Below, in pieces: positions 42,153 through 52,315 of a DNA stretch of 64,000 nt (position 1 is the stretch's first letter; every line of letters begins with the position of its first letter). The notes beneath the pieces are model-generated. The model searched no databases. It had not been told where the DNA came from and worked only from the letters and a program-made list of their open reading frames with translations. The position numbers were made by a program, and so were the translations under genes. This stretch comes from an uncultured Mycoplasmatota bacterium. Lineage in GTDB: Bacteria; Bacillota_I; Bacilli_A; RF39; UBA660. The DNA is taken from contig CAOKET010000004.1 of NCBI GenBank assembly GCA_948467605.1, positions 7,799 to 71,798 of the forward strand, written 5' to 3'.

Positions 42153-43067
42153 ATGGAAAATGCTATTAAATATTATTATAATATGAGTCCTAATAATATA
42201 GAAAAGCGTGAGAATGGTTATATATTTGAATACAAAGAAGAACTATATTATCTAGAAAATTGTTTCTATAGTGAAAAAAGAATAAAAGAAGTATATGAAT
42301 TAAATAAGATAATGATAAATAACCAAATACTCGTTCACGAAATACTATTAAATGCTCTTAAACAAGTAGTTACTACAATTGATGATAAAGCATATATATT
42401 AATGAGAACAAATGTGAATCTAAATAAAAAAGTAGATTTAAAAGATATATCATACTTTCATTATTTAAGTAGATTCCTAATAAACAATAAAGATAATTCT
42501 AACCTTTTTTGGGGCAATAAATGGGCAAAAAAAATAGATTATTATGAACAACAGGCAATAGAAATAGGCAAAAAATATCCAATAGCAATGGAAACATTCA
42601 ACTATTTTATTGGAATTGCAGAAAATGCTGTTACATATATAAATGATTATAAAATGTTAAAGCCAACATTAGCATATTGTCATATAAGAACCAGTTCAGA
42701 TGCACTAGATTTCTACAATCCATTTAATTTGTTAATTGATTATAAGGTAAGAGATATAAGTGAGTATATTAAATATAATTTTTTTAATAGTAATATCGAC
42801 TACAATGAAATAGCAGAGTACATATTAAACAGTAATTTAACACCAGATGATATTAGATATTTCTATGCAAGAATGTTATTTCCAACATATTATTTTGATA
42901 TATTTGAAAAAGTTATGGAAAATTTAGAGGATGAGGTAAAAATTATATATATATCAAATAATATTAATGAGTATGAAAAATTTCTTAATTATTTATGTAG
43001 ATATTTAAACAGATTTACTCCAGTAGAAGAAGTAGAATGGATAAAAAAAGCGATTAATCAACATTAA
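42153..43067 (+). CDS. CotS/YutH-like spore coat kinase-fold protein
   Basis: W..KIDYYE.Q...YFIGIAENA..YI...CH.R...NPFNLLIDYKVRDISEYIK...RMLFPTYYFD; synteny with yutD and nifU. Confidence 0.7.
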   Translation: MENAIKYYYNMSPNNIEKRENGYIFEYKEELYYLENCFYSEKRIKEVYELNKIMINNQILVHEILLNALKQVVTTIDDKAYILMRTNVNLNKKVDLKDISYFHYLSRFLINNKDNSNLFWGNKWAKKIDYYEQQAIEIGKKYPIAMETFNYFIGIAENAVTYINDYKMLKPTLAYCHIRTSSDALDFYNPFNLLIDYKVRDISEYIKYNFFNSNIDYNEIAEYILNSNLTPDDIRYFYARMLFPTYYFDIFEKVMENLEDEVKIIYISNNINEYEKFLNYLCRYLNRFTPVEEVEWIKKAINQH

Positions 43068-43284
43068 TCACTTCAACAACTTCTGGTATTTCAGATGTAA
43101 GTGCTACTTCAACACTATTCTTTAAGGTATCATCTAGCATGGCGCAATTTACACATGCCCCATGAACTTTTACATAAACCTTGCCATCTTCATACTTTAT
43201 AAACTCAATATCTCCACCATCTTGAATTAAATATGGTCTAAGTTTATCGATTACTTCAATTATTTTACTTTCTATTTTATTCAT
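43054..43284 (-). CDS. NifU/NfuA C-terminal domain protein (YutI-like)
   Basis: LRPYLIQDGGDIE...GACVNC...TLK..VE..L..EIPEV.EV. Confidence 0.9.
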   Translation of the reverse strand: MNKIESKIIEVIDKLRPYLIQDGGDIEFIKYEDGKVYVKVHGACVNCAMLDDTLKNSVEVALTSEIPEVVEVINVD

Positions 43285-43375
43285 AATTATATCACCAATA
43301 AAATTATACATTTTATTTTACTAACAGTAAAGAAATTTTTAAAATATAAATATTCTGTGTTATAATTATATTGAG

Positions 43376-43738
43376 GTGTTTAAAGTGCCAGTATATAAAA
43401 AAGGAGAAATAACTAAGGCTAATGTAACAGATATTAAACCATATGGTGTATTTGTATCCTTAGACAATAAGTACAGTGGTCTAATACATATATCAGAAAT
43501 AACAGATGGTTATGTTAGAAATATAAATGATTTTATTCACATTGGGGATGTACTAGATGCAAAGGTAATAGAAATAGATGAAAAAAAACACCAAGTAAAA
43601 CTTAGTACAAAGAATACACTAACATCAAATTCTAGAATGAAAATAAAGGAAACAAGATTAGGCTTCAAACCATTAAAAGAAAATTTAGACATGTGGGTGG
43701 AGGAAAAGATTAAAGATATAGAAAGTAATGTAAATTAA
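43376..43738 (+). CDS. S1 RNA-binding domain protein (YugI/CvfD-like)
   Basis: VTDIKPYGVFV...GLIHISEI..GYV...KLST...GFKPLKENL..WV. Confidence 0.85.
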   Translation: MFKVPVYKKGEITKANVTDIKPYGVFVSLDNKYSGLIHISEITDGYVRNINDFIHIGDVLDAKVIEIDEKKHQVKLSTKNTLTSNSRMKIKETRLGFKPLKENLDMWVEEKIKDIESNVN

Positions 43739-43775
43739 TTAAAGAAAATGATTTAAAAAAATATAGTTATTTGTA

Positions 43776-43804
43776 TTGACAACTTCTTTCTTTATTGATA
43801 TACT
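43776..43804 (+). promoter_or_regulatory. Sigma-A promoter of the tRNA operon
   Basis: TTGACA-17 nt-TATACT with an extended TG. Confidence 0.8.
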
Positions 43805-43824
43805 TATTAAGTCCAAGACATTTC

Positions 43825-43901
43825 GGGCGATTAGCTCAGTTGGTTAGAGCACCTGCCTTACAAGCAGGGGGTCGGGAGTTCGAGTCTCTCATCGCCCACC
43901 A
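43825..43901 (+). tRNA. tRNA-Val(UAC)
   Basis: Cloverleaf; CCTGC-CT-TAC-AA-GCAGG; CCA. Confidence 0.96.
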
Positions 43902-43904
43902 TTT

Positions 43905-43980
<76 letters not shown>

Positions 43981-43984
43981 TCTT

Positions 43985-44068
43985 GGAAGGGTAGCGAAGT
44001 GGTCAAACGCGGCAGACTGTAAATCTGTTCTCTAGGGTTCGGAGGTTCAAATCCTTCCCCTTCCACCA
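43985..44068 (+). tRNA. tRNA-Tyr(GUA)
   Basis: GCAGA-CT-GTA-AA-TCTGT, long variable arm; CCA. Confidence 0.96.
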
Positions 44069-44074
44069 TTAAAT

Positions 44075-44149
44075 TGCCTCGTAGCCAAGTGGTAAGGCAT
44101 CACACTTTGACTGTGACATGCGCTAGTTCGAATCTAGCCGAGGCAGCCA
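44075..44149 (+). tRNA. tRNA-Gln(UUG)
   Basis: TCACA-CT-TTG-AC-TGTGA; CCA. Confidence 0.95.
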
Positions 44150-44164
44150 TTTATTTTGTATTAT

Positions 44165-44240
44165 GTCCCGTTAGCTCAGTTGGTAGAGCATTTGACTTTT
44201 AATCAAAGGGTCCCGAGTTCGAGTCTCGGGCGGGACACCA
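44165..44240 (+). tRNA. tRNA-Lys(UUU)
   Basis: TTTGA-CT-TTT-AA-TCAAA; CCA; followed by terminator AAGAAAGCA-tt-TGCTTTCTTTTT. Confidence 0.96.
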
Positions 44241-44334
44241 TTTTGTAATTAAGAAAGCATTTGCTTTCTTTTTTATATATTTTTTTAACTAATTATGTTA
44301 TAATATTATAATTGTTAGATATAAAGGTGATTAA

Positions 44335-45612
44335 ATGAAATTAATACAGTTAGATGAGAAAGTATTTGATGAATTTTCCAAGAATCATGAATTAGGCACA
44401 TTCTATCAAACTAGCCAGTATGCTAAATTAATGACAGAACAGGGAATGAGTGCTCAATTTATAGGATTAGTTAGTGATGCTAATAAAATAAAAGCGGCAA
44501 CCTTAATACTAATTCAAGAAAAAAAATCAATATTTGGAAAGATAAAAAATGCCTATAGTCCACGTGGATTTTTAATTGACTACGAGGATTTAGAATTGCT
44601 TAAATTGTGGTCATCAGAATTAAAAAAATACTTAAAGAAACAAAAAATAGTATATTTAAGAGTAGATCCACCAATAGAACATTTAAAAAGATTTGAAAGT
44701 GGGGAAATAGATTACAATGGATTTAACAATTACCACGTTATTGAAAATTTAATATCTAGTGGATTTAAGCATTTAGGCTTTAATAAAGGATTTGAAACAT
44801 TAAAACCAAGATGGAATGTAGTTCTACGTGTAAAGGGAAGCAGTAGGGATGTTTATGAGAATTTTGGTAAAGATATAAAGGGGAAAATTAGAAAAGCACA
44901 AAACTTAGGAGTTAGTATAATAAAAGGTACTAGCGAAGATCTTAATAAATTTTACACATATGTTTCAAAAAAACATATAAGGGATTTAAAATATTACCAA
45001 GATTTCTATAAGATATTTAAAGAGTCTGACATGTGTGAATTATACTTTGCCCATCTAGATCCACAAAAATATTTAGAAAAAAGCAGAGAGCAATATGATA
45101 GTGAATTAATCAAAAATAATGAACTACTAGAGCAAATACAAAATAATAAACAAGGCTCTTTAGAATCAATTATAAATAAAAAAATGCTTTCTGATACTGC
45201 ATTATCTCAATATAAAGAAAATATTGTTGTTGCAACTAAGATATTGGGATTATATCCAGAAGGAATTACACTTTCAACAGCATTTATAATAAAATATAAA
45301 AAAGAAATATTTTTCCTGATAGATGGCTTCAATAAACAATCAGAAATCATAACATCTACCAATTTACTTAGATGGTCAATAATGCAACATTATATTGATA
45401 AGGGATATAATATAATTAATATGAATGGTATTACAGGTAACTTTAATCTAAAAAATAAGTACTATGGTCTTTATAAAAGCAAAATAAGTTATGGTGGAGA
45501 TGTAGTTGAATATATAGGTGAGTTCGACCTAGTAGTAAAAGGATTTATATATGGAATATATAGATATATAAAACCTTTACAATCATACTTAAAAAAGGAT
45601 ATGAAAGAATAA
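44335..45612 (+). CDS. FemAB/MurM-family peptidoglycan interpeptide-bridge aminoacyltransferase
   Basis: TFYQTSQY, YSPRGFLIDY, LRVDP, PRWN, central coiled coil, NMNGITGNF...GL..SK..YGG.V.EYIGEFDLV. Confidence 0.88.
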   Translation: MKLIQLDEKVFDEFSKNHELGTFYQTSQYAKLMTEQGMSAQFIGLVSDANKIKAATLILIQEKKSIFGKIKNAYSPRGFLIDYEDLELLKLWSSELKKYLKKQKIVYLRVDPPIEHLKRFESGEIDYNGFNNYHVIENLISSGFKHLGFNKGFETLKPRWNVVLRVKGSSRDVYENFGKDIKGKIRKAQNLGVSIIKGTSEDLNKFYTYVSKKHIRDLKYYQDFYKIFKESDMCELYFAHLDPQKYLEKSREQYDSELIKNNELLEQIQNNKQGSLESIINKKMLSDTALSQYKENIVVATKILGLYPEGITLSTAFIIKYKKEIFFLIDGFNKQSEIITSTNLLRWSIMQHYIDKGYNIINMNGITGNFNLKNKYYGLYKSKISYGGDVVEYIGEFDLVVKGFIYGIYRYIKPLQSYLKKDMKE

Positions 45613-45726
45613 TGATAAAATGTATAGTTACAAAACTAACTATATGTTTTTTATTTTAAGAAATATTGTAATATTTTATGATATTTTATGATATAATATT
45701 TACTTGTTGTATGAAAGGAGAAAAAT

Positions 45727-46065
45727 ATGCTAGAAAATATAATACCACTAAATAGAGAAATAGATTTAATAGAAAATACTAAAAACTGTAATGGATTACG
45801 CTACACTAGTGCATATGTACGTGTTAACGGGAAAACTAAACACATAGGAAGATACATTACAGGCTATGGTTATGCATTTACTGAAAAACTATTGTATAAT
45901 GAATATGGTGTTGCAATTGTTTATAAAAGGAGCATTTCTGATAAATATTTTATAGGAGCATTATATGACATTACTACTGATAGTTTTGTATGTGATGTCG
46001 ATGAAGCAGAGAAAAGATTTAACGATTATTTTGGTAAAAACAAGGTTTATTATATAACACAATAA
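45727..46065 (+). CDS. Hypothetical protein
   Basis: Own TG-TATAAT promoter and AAAGGAG RBS; no motif recognised. Confidence 0.65.
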   Translation: MLENIIPLNREIDLIENTKNCNGLRYTSAYVRVNGKTKHIGRYITGYGYAFTEKLLYNEYGVAIVYKRSISDKYFIGALYDITTDSFVCDVDEAEKRFNDYFGKNKVYYITQ

Positions 46066-46760
46066 ATTAACATTAAATATGTAATAGCCTTTGAAAAAAA
46101 TAACAATTATGCTAGAGAAATCTTATTAGAAGTTTAAAAAATCCCTAATGGTGAAACACTAACTATAGCAAAATTACAATGTAAAATCTTTCAATTTTCT
46201 ATTGAAGATATTTTATCAATAGGTAAGATTTTAACTATACTTATGATTATAATGATGTATTTAGAGACCATAAGATTAAATATTTAACTGAAAAAGGCTA
46301 TAAAACTTTAAATTTAGTAAGAGATGATAAATGGCTACAATCTATAAGAGAAACAGTAATTGGTAAAATGTATTTCTTAATAGATCCTGAAAGTATAAAA
46401 TTATCTGCAAATGGTAATCAAGGATTAACAGAAGCACCATCTCATCTACATAAATAAAGATGATATAAAGCGTTAACGTTCAATATCATCTTTTTCTATG
46501 GCATTAATATCTTTTGAATTATTAGACTTAGATATATCTAATCTTCTTTTTAAAGATTCTTCCATTTCAATTTTCCTGTTTGATTATATTAACCCATAGA
46601 CACCAACCTTTCTGACATTGCCTCTTCCTTAAAACAGAAAAAACCAATCTTTCGATTGATTTCTATATATCAGTGTCCGAAAAAGTTCGAACAGATTCGT
46701 CAATGGTGCCCGAAAGAGAGAAGTACAACAACTCTTTGAGTAAGAGAAATAGTTAGTAAT
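46066..46760. mobile_element. Decayed mobile-element remnant (gene fragments plus an att-like end)
   Basis: Broken frames (YLTEKGYKTLNLVRDDKW on +, MEESLKRRLDISK on -) and AAAGTTCGA-N13-TGGTGCC at 46682-46710. Confidence 0.4.
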
Positions 46761-46803
46761 TAAACATTAACTACCTATAGTAACTTTACATTTCAAACAT
46801 AAT

Positions 46804-47886
46804 CTATACTACTCTGATTTTATTATTTTTTATACCAATTTTTTCTATGAAATCATTAATTGTTATATTAGTACCTTCTATATTATAATCATCATATAAA
46901 TTTTCATAAGAACAAACTATACTCATAAAATCATTTATTTTGTCATATGGGACTTGATGGTTCTTCATAAGAAAATTTCTTTGATATACTTTTTTAATAA
47001 ATAATGAGTTAAACTCTTCCGAATTAATATTAAATGGAACTATTTCTATTAAGATTTTTAATAAATATAGTATCTTAGATATACGTTCTGATACATCTTG
47101 ATTTTGAAACAAATATGGATAAAATCTTGAATAACATACGGATAAAATCCGAATAGCTTCATCAATCATTTCTTGATAGGCTTTTTCATCCTTATAAAAA
47201 TCACATAATAATATACTTTTTATAACCATAGCACTAAATCCTACAAAATCATTTTGATATTCATGATTATTTTTTCTTGTAATCGAATTAGGATCAATAT
47301 TATAAGAATATCCTATTGTATTACCAGTAGAAACAATTCTAGGAGAATAAAATCTAATCTTTTCTTCAAAAAAGGCATCTTCTTCCCATCTCAAAATTTC
47401 ACTAAATCTAATATTATTTTCTTTTAAAAATTTTCTTTTAATAAAAATACCAAAAATATAAGCATTATTAAATAAAAAACTTCTTCTTTTATTTTTGGTT
47501 TCTTCATCATAAAGTTTAGTAGATATAATATCGCAATCATCAGTTTTTTTACTGTTGAAGGTTGTTAGCACTGTAGAGTCATATAAAGAATCACCACAAT
47601 CTAAAAAGAATATAAAATCACCAACTGAATTATTTAATCCAACTTGTCTAGCATTTCCTGGCCCTTTATTTTCCAAAAGTTGTATGTATTTGATATTTAA
47701 TTGTGGGTATAATTTTAAAATTTCATTCCAGTCTATCAATTTATTAGTAGTATTATCATCTACAACTATTACTTCAATTTTTGATAAATCATAATCACTT
47801 TGTAGAACTATTGAATCTAAAGAACATTTTATTTTCTAGATTGTATCATTATAAGTGGGAATTATTATTGTTAAATCTTTTCTCAT
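46804..47886 (-). pseudogene. GT2 glycosyltransferase with an in-frame amber stop at codon 17
   Basis: GAAAGGAG RBS, ATG 47886, MRKDLTIIIPTYNDTI-TAG(47838-47836)-KIKCSLDSIV...VVDD...GPGNARQVGL...FFLDCGD, all in one frame. Confidence 0.85.
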
Positions 47887-48131
47887 AAAGTACTCCTTTC
47901 AATCATTAAAATTATTTTCTTATAATTTTAATTATATAATATTTTAAGTTTTATTTGAAGATACTTATGAGAATATTTGAAAATATTTGTTTACTACACG
48001 TATAATGATTATGTCATTATACAAGTGTGTTTACTAAATCGACAAAATCAATTTAATTTATAATACGCTATTTTTAACATATTAAAACTCGAACTTTCAG
48101 AAAAAATTAAAAGTTCGAGTAACAATCAATC

Positions 48132-48220
48132 TGGTGCCTAAGGCCGGACTTGAACCGGCACGAACTATGACATTCGCAGGATTTTAAGTCCTGTGCGTCT
48201 ACCAATTCCGCCACTCAGGC
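48132..48220 (-). tRNA. tRNA-Leu(UAA)
   Basis: Reverse complement gives CAGGA-CT-TAA-AA-TCCTG, long variable arm, TTCAAGT T-loop, CCA; hairpin CTCGAACTTT/AAAGTTCGAG downstream. Confidence 0.96.
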
Positions 48221-48293
48221 AATACTAATCAATATTGATTAGACTTCTTAAGTATATATCATTTTTTTTGTTTTGACAATACTTTTTAGAAAA

Positions 48294-49259
48294 TTAATAT
48301 GAAAAAAATTGTATTTTTCTATTATCATCTAAATGTTTGCCAGTTAAATATGATTTATTTAATAAATTAAAGATATTGTCTATATCTATTTCATTATTTA
48401 ATACTTGGTTAACTAAATTTATTAGATCAATCGCGTGTTTATAAGCAATACAATATAGTTCTATATAAGAATAATTTAATATTTCCTCTTTATCAACAGG
48501 GTGGAACCATTCATCTTTGTCTAAATTTAGATAGTGTAAATAATTAGTATAATCAAATTTATATGAGGTGATTTTAAGAACATCAAATTTTCCAAATGTA
48601 ATCTTATCTAACATATTATATATAAATTTTTTGACGCCAAATCTATCATATCTAAATAATCTATATACTATTCTCATAGTTTTTATAGATTTATTCATAA
48701 TCTCACCAATTTTTTTAATTCCATATGTATCATAACTACAACATTCAATTAAACCCTTTAATTCATTACTCATTTTAATTTTTGGTATTCCAAAATCATG
48801 AACCTTAAACTTATGAACTTTCATATTATTCCTAATTGAAATCATGTATTCATCTATAGTAAGTTCCATAATAGAGTGTTTACCACGATATTGTTTTCTA
48901 TCATTTCGTCCTCTTATATATCTACCAGTTTTATAGTATACGAGAGGATGAATAGCTGAATCTAATACATAGTGTGTTATATTGCCATATAAATATGCCA
49001 AAATTTGAGAATTATCTTGTAGATCATTATTTTTAATATATGTAATTACATTCTTAAAAAATAATCCAGTTTTTTCTCTATGCATTGTATGACCAAAACG
49101 ACTATATTCTTTTTTACCAATGTATGAGAATAATGGATCAGGACCATTGCTAAATACCTTGTATATATTAATATCATTTACTATTTTAGTTTTTATACTA
49201 CCATCTAATTTTTCTAACACATCTTCTGCAAAATAATTATGTGTAATTGTACTTGGCAT
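48294..49259 (-). CDS. Zinc-dependent phospholipase C / S1-P1 fold protein
   Basis: MPSTITHNYF N-terminus, GPDPLF, MH, THYVLDSAIHP.VYY, HSIMEL.ID metal ligands. Confidence 0.75.
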   Translation of the reverse strand: MPSTITHNYFAEDVLEKLDGSIKTKIVNDINIYKVFSNGPDPLFSYIGKKEYSRFGHTMHREKTGLFFKNVITYIKNNDLQDNSQILAYLYGNITHYVLDSAIHPLVYYKTGRYIRGRNDRKQYRGKHSIMELTIDEYMISIRNNMKVHKFKVHDFGIPKIKMSNELKGLIECCSYDTYGIKKIGEIMNKSIKTMRIVYRLFRYDRFGVKKFIYNMLDKITFGKFDVLKITSYKFDYTNYLHYLNLDKDEWFHPVDKEEILNYSYIELYCIAYKHAIDLINLVNQVLNNEIDIDNIFNLLNKSYLTGKHLDDNRKIQFFSY

Positions 49260-49346
49260 ATTATTCCTCTTTTCATGTATAATTATATCAAAAAAACATG
49301 TATTTTTCTAACTTTATATGTTATACTTTAAAATAGGTGAGAGTGT

Positions 49347-50276
49347 ATGGGCACTAAGCAATTTATGAATTTAAATGAGCAACTTGAAATACTAAAATCA
49401 AGAGGACTTATTATAAATGATGAAGAAAAAGCAAAGGTTATTTTAATTAGAGAAAACTACTTTTTTTTAAGTGGATATAGACATGTATTTTTAAAATCGC
49501 CAAAGGATAGAGTTTATGTACCAGGTACTACTTTTGATGAACTTTATGCCTTATTTACCTTTGATAGGAATTTTAGAAATATTATATTTAAGTATTTACT
49601 TATTATAGAAAATAATATTAAATCTATTTTAAGTTATCAATTATCTAAAAAATATGGTTATAAGGAAAAAGATTATTTAAGGGTTAGTAATTTTACACAA
49701 GATTCTAAAAAAACAAGACAAGTTAATGATTTAATAAAAAAAATGAAAAGACAAATCAGGGTAAATGGTAGACAACACACTGCAACATACCACTATATAA
49801 GTAATTATGGATATATTCCATTATGGATATTAGTTAAAGTATTATCATTTGGATTAATAGGGGAACTTTATTCTATACTTAAAGTAGAAGATCAATTATC
49901 AATCGCAGAAATATACCATTTAGATGTCGAGATACTATCTACCTATTTAAGTATATTAGCAAACTATAGAAATTTATGCGCACACGAAGACATTTTATTT
50001 GAAAGAAGAGTTGAAAAAAATATATTTGATACAAAATATCATAGAATGTTAAATATACCAATAATGGATGATGAATACATATATGGAAAAAACGATTTAT
50101 ATGCGGTCATTATTATGTTAAAACAATTGTTATCAGAAGATGAATTTAGACTTATAATAAACGAAATAAGTTATGAGGTAGATTTACTAAATGGAAGAAT
50201 AAAATGTATACCATTTGAAAAAATATTAGATAGAATGGGATTTCCAAATAACTGGAGAGATATCATTGAATTATAA
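49347..50276 (+). CDS. Abi_2 (AbiD/AbiF-like) HEPN protein
   Basis: EQLEILKSRGLII, YFFLSGYR, LYALFTFDR, IENNIK, IPLWILV..LSFG, HEPN motif RNLCAH. Confidence 0.88.
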   Translation: MGTKQFMNLNEQLEILKSRGLIINDEEKAKVILIRENYFFLSGYRHVFLKSPKDRVYVPGTTFDELYALFTFDRNFRNIIFKYLLIIENNIKSILSYQLSKKYGYKEKDYLRVSNFTQDSKKTRQVNDLIKKMKRQIRVNGRQHTATYHYISNYGYIPLWILVKVLSFGLIGELYSILKVEDQLSIAEIYHLDVEILSTYLSILANYRNLCAHEDILFERRVEKNIFDTKYHRMLNIPIMDDEYIYGKNDLYAVIIMLKQLLSEDEFRLIINEISYEVDLLNGRIKCIPFEKILDRMGFPNNWRDIIEL

Positions 50277-50327
50277 AATAGTGCTTAAATGTGAAGTTGT
50301 AATATAAAAGTAGACACTAAAAAAGTA

Positions 50328-51271
50328 TTATTGAAACCCTAGTTGAGTTCTATATTCGATTGGGGTTTTATATTTCAAAGCATAACTTAGTCGATAATTA
50401 TTATGATCATCAATTATTGCATTTATATATTCTTCAACAGTTTCATAATCATTTTGATTAAAATCAATATACATTTCTTTTTTTAACCATCCATTTTTAG
50501 ATTCAATTATTGGATTATCTGTTGGAGCTCTTATTCTAGACATAGACCTTTTTATGTTATAATCTTTATGTGCATTGTTAAATGCCACTGAGGAATATAT
50601 TGTGCCTTGATCTGAGTGGAAAATTGTTTCTTGGCTTTTATATCCTCTCTTTATTTTGCTATTTAACATATCTTCTAAAGCAGATTTATGATTAGATATA
50701 CTAACGCCATAATAAAATGGCTTAACATCTGAACATATTATAGAATCGTCAAAAGCATCTACATAATAAGTCCAATCATATCTTTGCTTTTTAAACCAAA
50801 TCATAGTTGTATCTGATGTGATTTTTTCAAATGGTCTTGTAGTTTTCCAATCATTATTTATAAGATTAGGGTATTTAATAGATTCTTCTCCTGGTTTTTT
50901 ATAAGTAGAGTAATGTATTGCCTTGCTTCTTATTTTTAATATTTTCATACTTTGTGTACTAGATTATTTGATACTATCCAACCCGTTTCTCTACGAATAA
51001 TAGCATTTATTCTATGATAACCATATCTTGGTTTTCTTTTATGAATATCTCTAATTAATTCTTCTAAATCTCTACGATTGATTTCATATCTATTTAAAAC
51101 ATCTTTTGTTTTTAACCATTTATAATATCCACTTCTTGATATATTCATCACTACACATAAAGATTTAACAGAAAATTCTTTGCTCAATATTTCTACAATT
51201 TCAAATTCATTTTGTTTTATTTCTTGAACATTACAACTAAACCATCTCCTTTCATTAGATATCCTTTTTTT
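50328..51271 (-). pseudogene. IS3 OrfB DDE transposase broken by a 1-nt frameshift
   Basis: The -1 frame from A7G (51265-51271) reads KKRISNERRW...KEFSVKSLC...GYHRI; frame break at HKV*/MKILK near 50946; DDE region DTT, FHSDQG, DNPIIES..GWLKKE. Confidence 0.85.
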
Positions 51272-51573
51272 AATCGTTCATTCTCAATTCTTAATTTCAT
51301 ATTTTTATACTGCAATCTTTCTATGTCCATAAGACTTTTTTTGTTAGAAAATTTAGTTAAAGGATTCCCTGGCTTCTTTTTAGATGTTAATCCATCCATT
51401 CCATTTTCCCTATATTTTTTAATCCAATTTATAATCATTCCATTATTTAATCCTGTTTCTCTAGTTATATCCCACGTACTTTTCTCAAATTCTAATGCTG
51501 GTTTAATTATTCTATATTTTTCTTCTGCTGTCCAGTGCTTAAATTTTTGTCCTTTACTTGCCATTTTTATCAT
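51217..51573 (-). CDS. IS3 OrfA (HTH)
   Basis: WTAEEKYRII...GMIINWIKKYRENG.DGL...KKPGNP; ends just past the slippery site. Confidence 0.88.
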   Translation of the reverse strand: MIKMASKGQKFKHWTAEEKYRIIKPALEFEKSTWDITRETGLNNGMIINWIKKYRENGMDGLTSKKKPGNPLTKFSNKKSLMDIERLQYKNMKLRIENERLKKGYLMKGDGLVVMFKK

Positions 51574-51688
51574 CTCCTTTATTTTATTATAACAAAAAAT
51601 GCAGACACTTTTTTTATGTCTACATTTATCTTACAACTTCACATATTTTTATATATCTACTTTTATATTACAAATTCAATTAAATGCG

Positions 51689-52249
51689 CTATTTTTGTTT
51701 TATACATCTATAATAAGTTATATATAATATACTTCCTAAGAATGCTGCAATCATATCAACCATAGTATCCTTAACCCCTGTTTCAATAGAATGTTGTAGA
51801 TTAGATTTTGTTATTACATCCATTCCAAATTCAAAAAATTCCCATAAACTTGCCGTTAACATTGTGAATCCTAATACATATATTATGAAAAATAGGCAAT
51901 TTTTAGGTATCTTTATTTTATCCATATCTATAAATAATAAAGATATAATGCTAAAGAATATACCAGATAAAAGGTGAGTAAATGTATCAAACCAGCTTAT
52001 TTTAGCATAAAACTCCATAACACTACCTAAGAATTGTGCTAAAAATACAAATATATAATACATTAACTCTAAACCATCACTTATTTTAAATCTAAATAAT
52101 TTTAATATTTTAGGTATTAGTAATAAAGGTATTAACACTATAAATACATTAATTCTAGAAAAATCATTATTACTAATAGACATTACCATACACCTAAGGT
52201 CAAATAATACCATTACAACTATTAATATATAACTAAATATCTTTTTCAT
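51689..52249 (-). CDS. Polytopic membrane protein
   Basis: Five TM segments; WFDTFTHLLSG and LWEFFEF...DTMVDMI motifs. Confidence 0.75.
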   Translation of the reverse strand: MKKIFSYILIVVMVLFDLRCMVMSISNNDFSRINVFIVLIPLLLIPKILKLFRFKISDGLELMYYIFVFLAQFLGSVMEFYAKISWFDTFTHLLSGIFFSIISLLFIDMDKIKIPKNCLFFIIYVLGFTMLTASLWEFFEFGMDVITKSNLQHSIETGVKDTMVDMIAAFLGSILYITYYRCIKQK

Positions 52250-52315
52250 ATTACTCCTTTAAACTTATCACTTTTGATAATATAATTTTAACATATATTG
52301 TTTTAAATTTATAGA

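Larger units (their letters stand above)
50290..51643 (-). mobile_element. IS3-family (IS150-like) insertion sequence, probably inactive
   Basis: 36-bp imperfect terminal IRs TGTGAAGTTGTAA(T/G)ATAAA(A/T)GTAGACA.. at 50290-50325 and 51608-51643; orfA/orfB layout with an A7G slippery site. Confidence 0.92.

Noticed and set aside
47836-47838. Stop-codon reassignment (TAG read-through, or the TGA=Trp Mollicute code)
   Set aside because: TAG ends conserved genes such as secE at the expected place, hsdS ends in TGA, and core genes are intact under code 11 using TGG for Trp.
49260-49346. RNA antitoxin upstream of the Abi_2 gene
   Set aside because: The interval is short, AT-rich and occupied by divergent promoter and RBS signals, with no repeats or stable stems.
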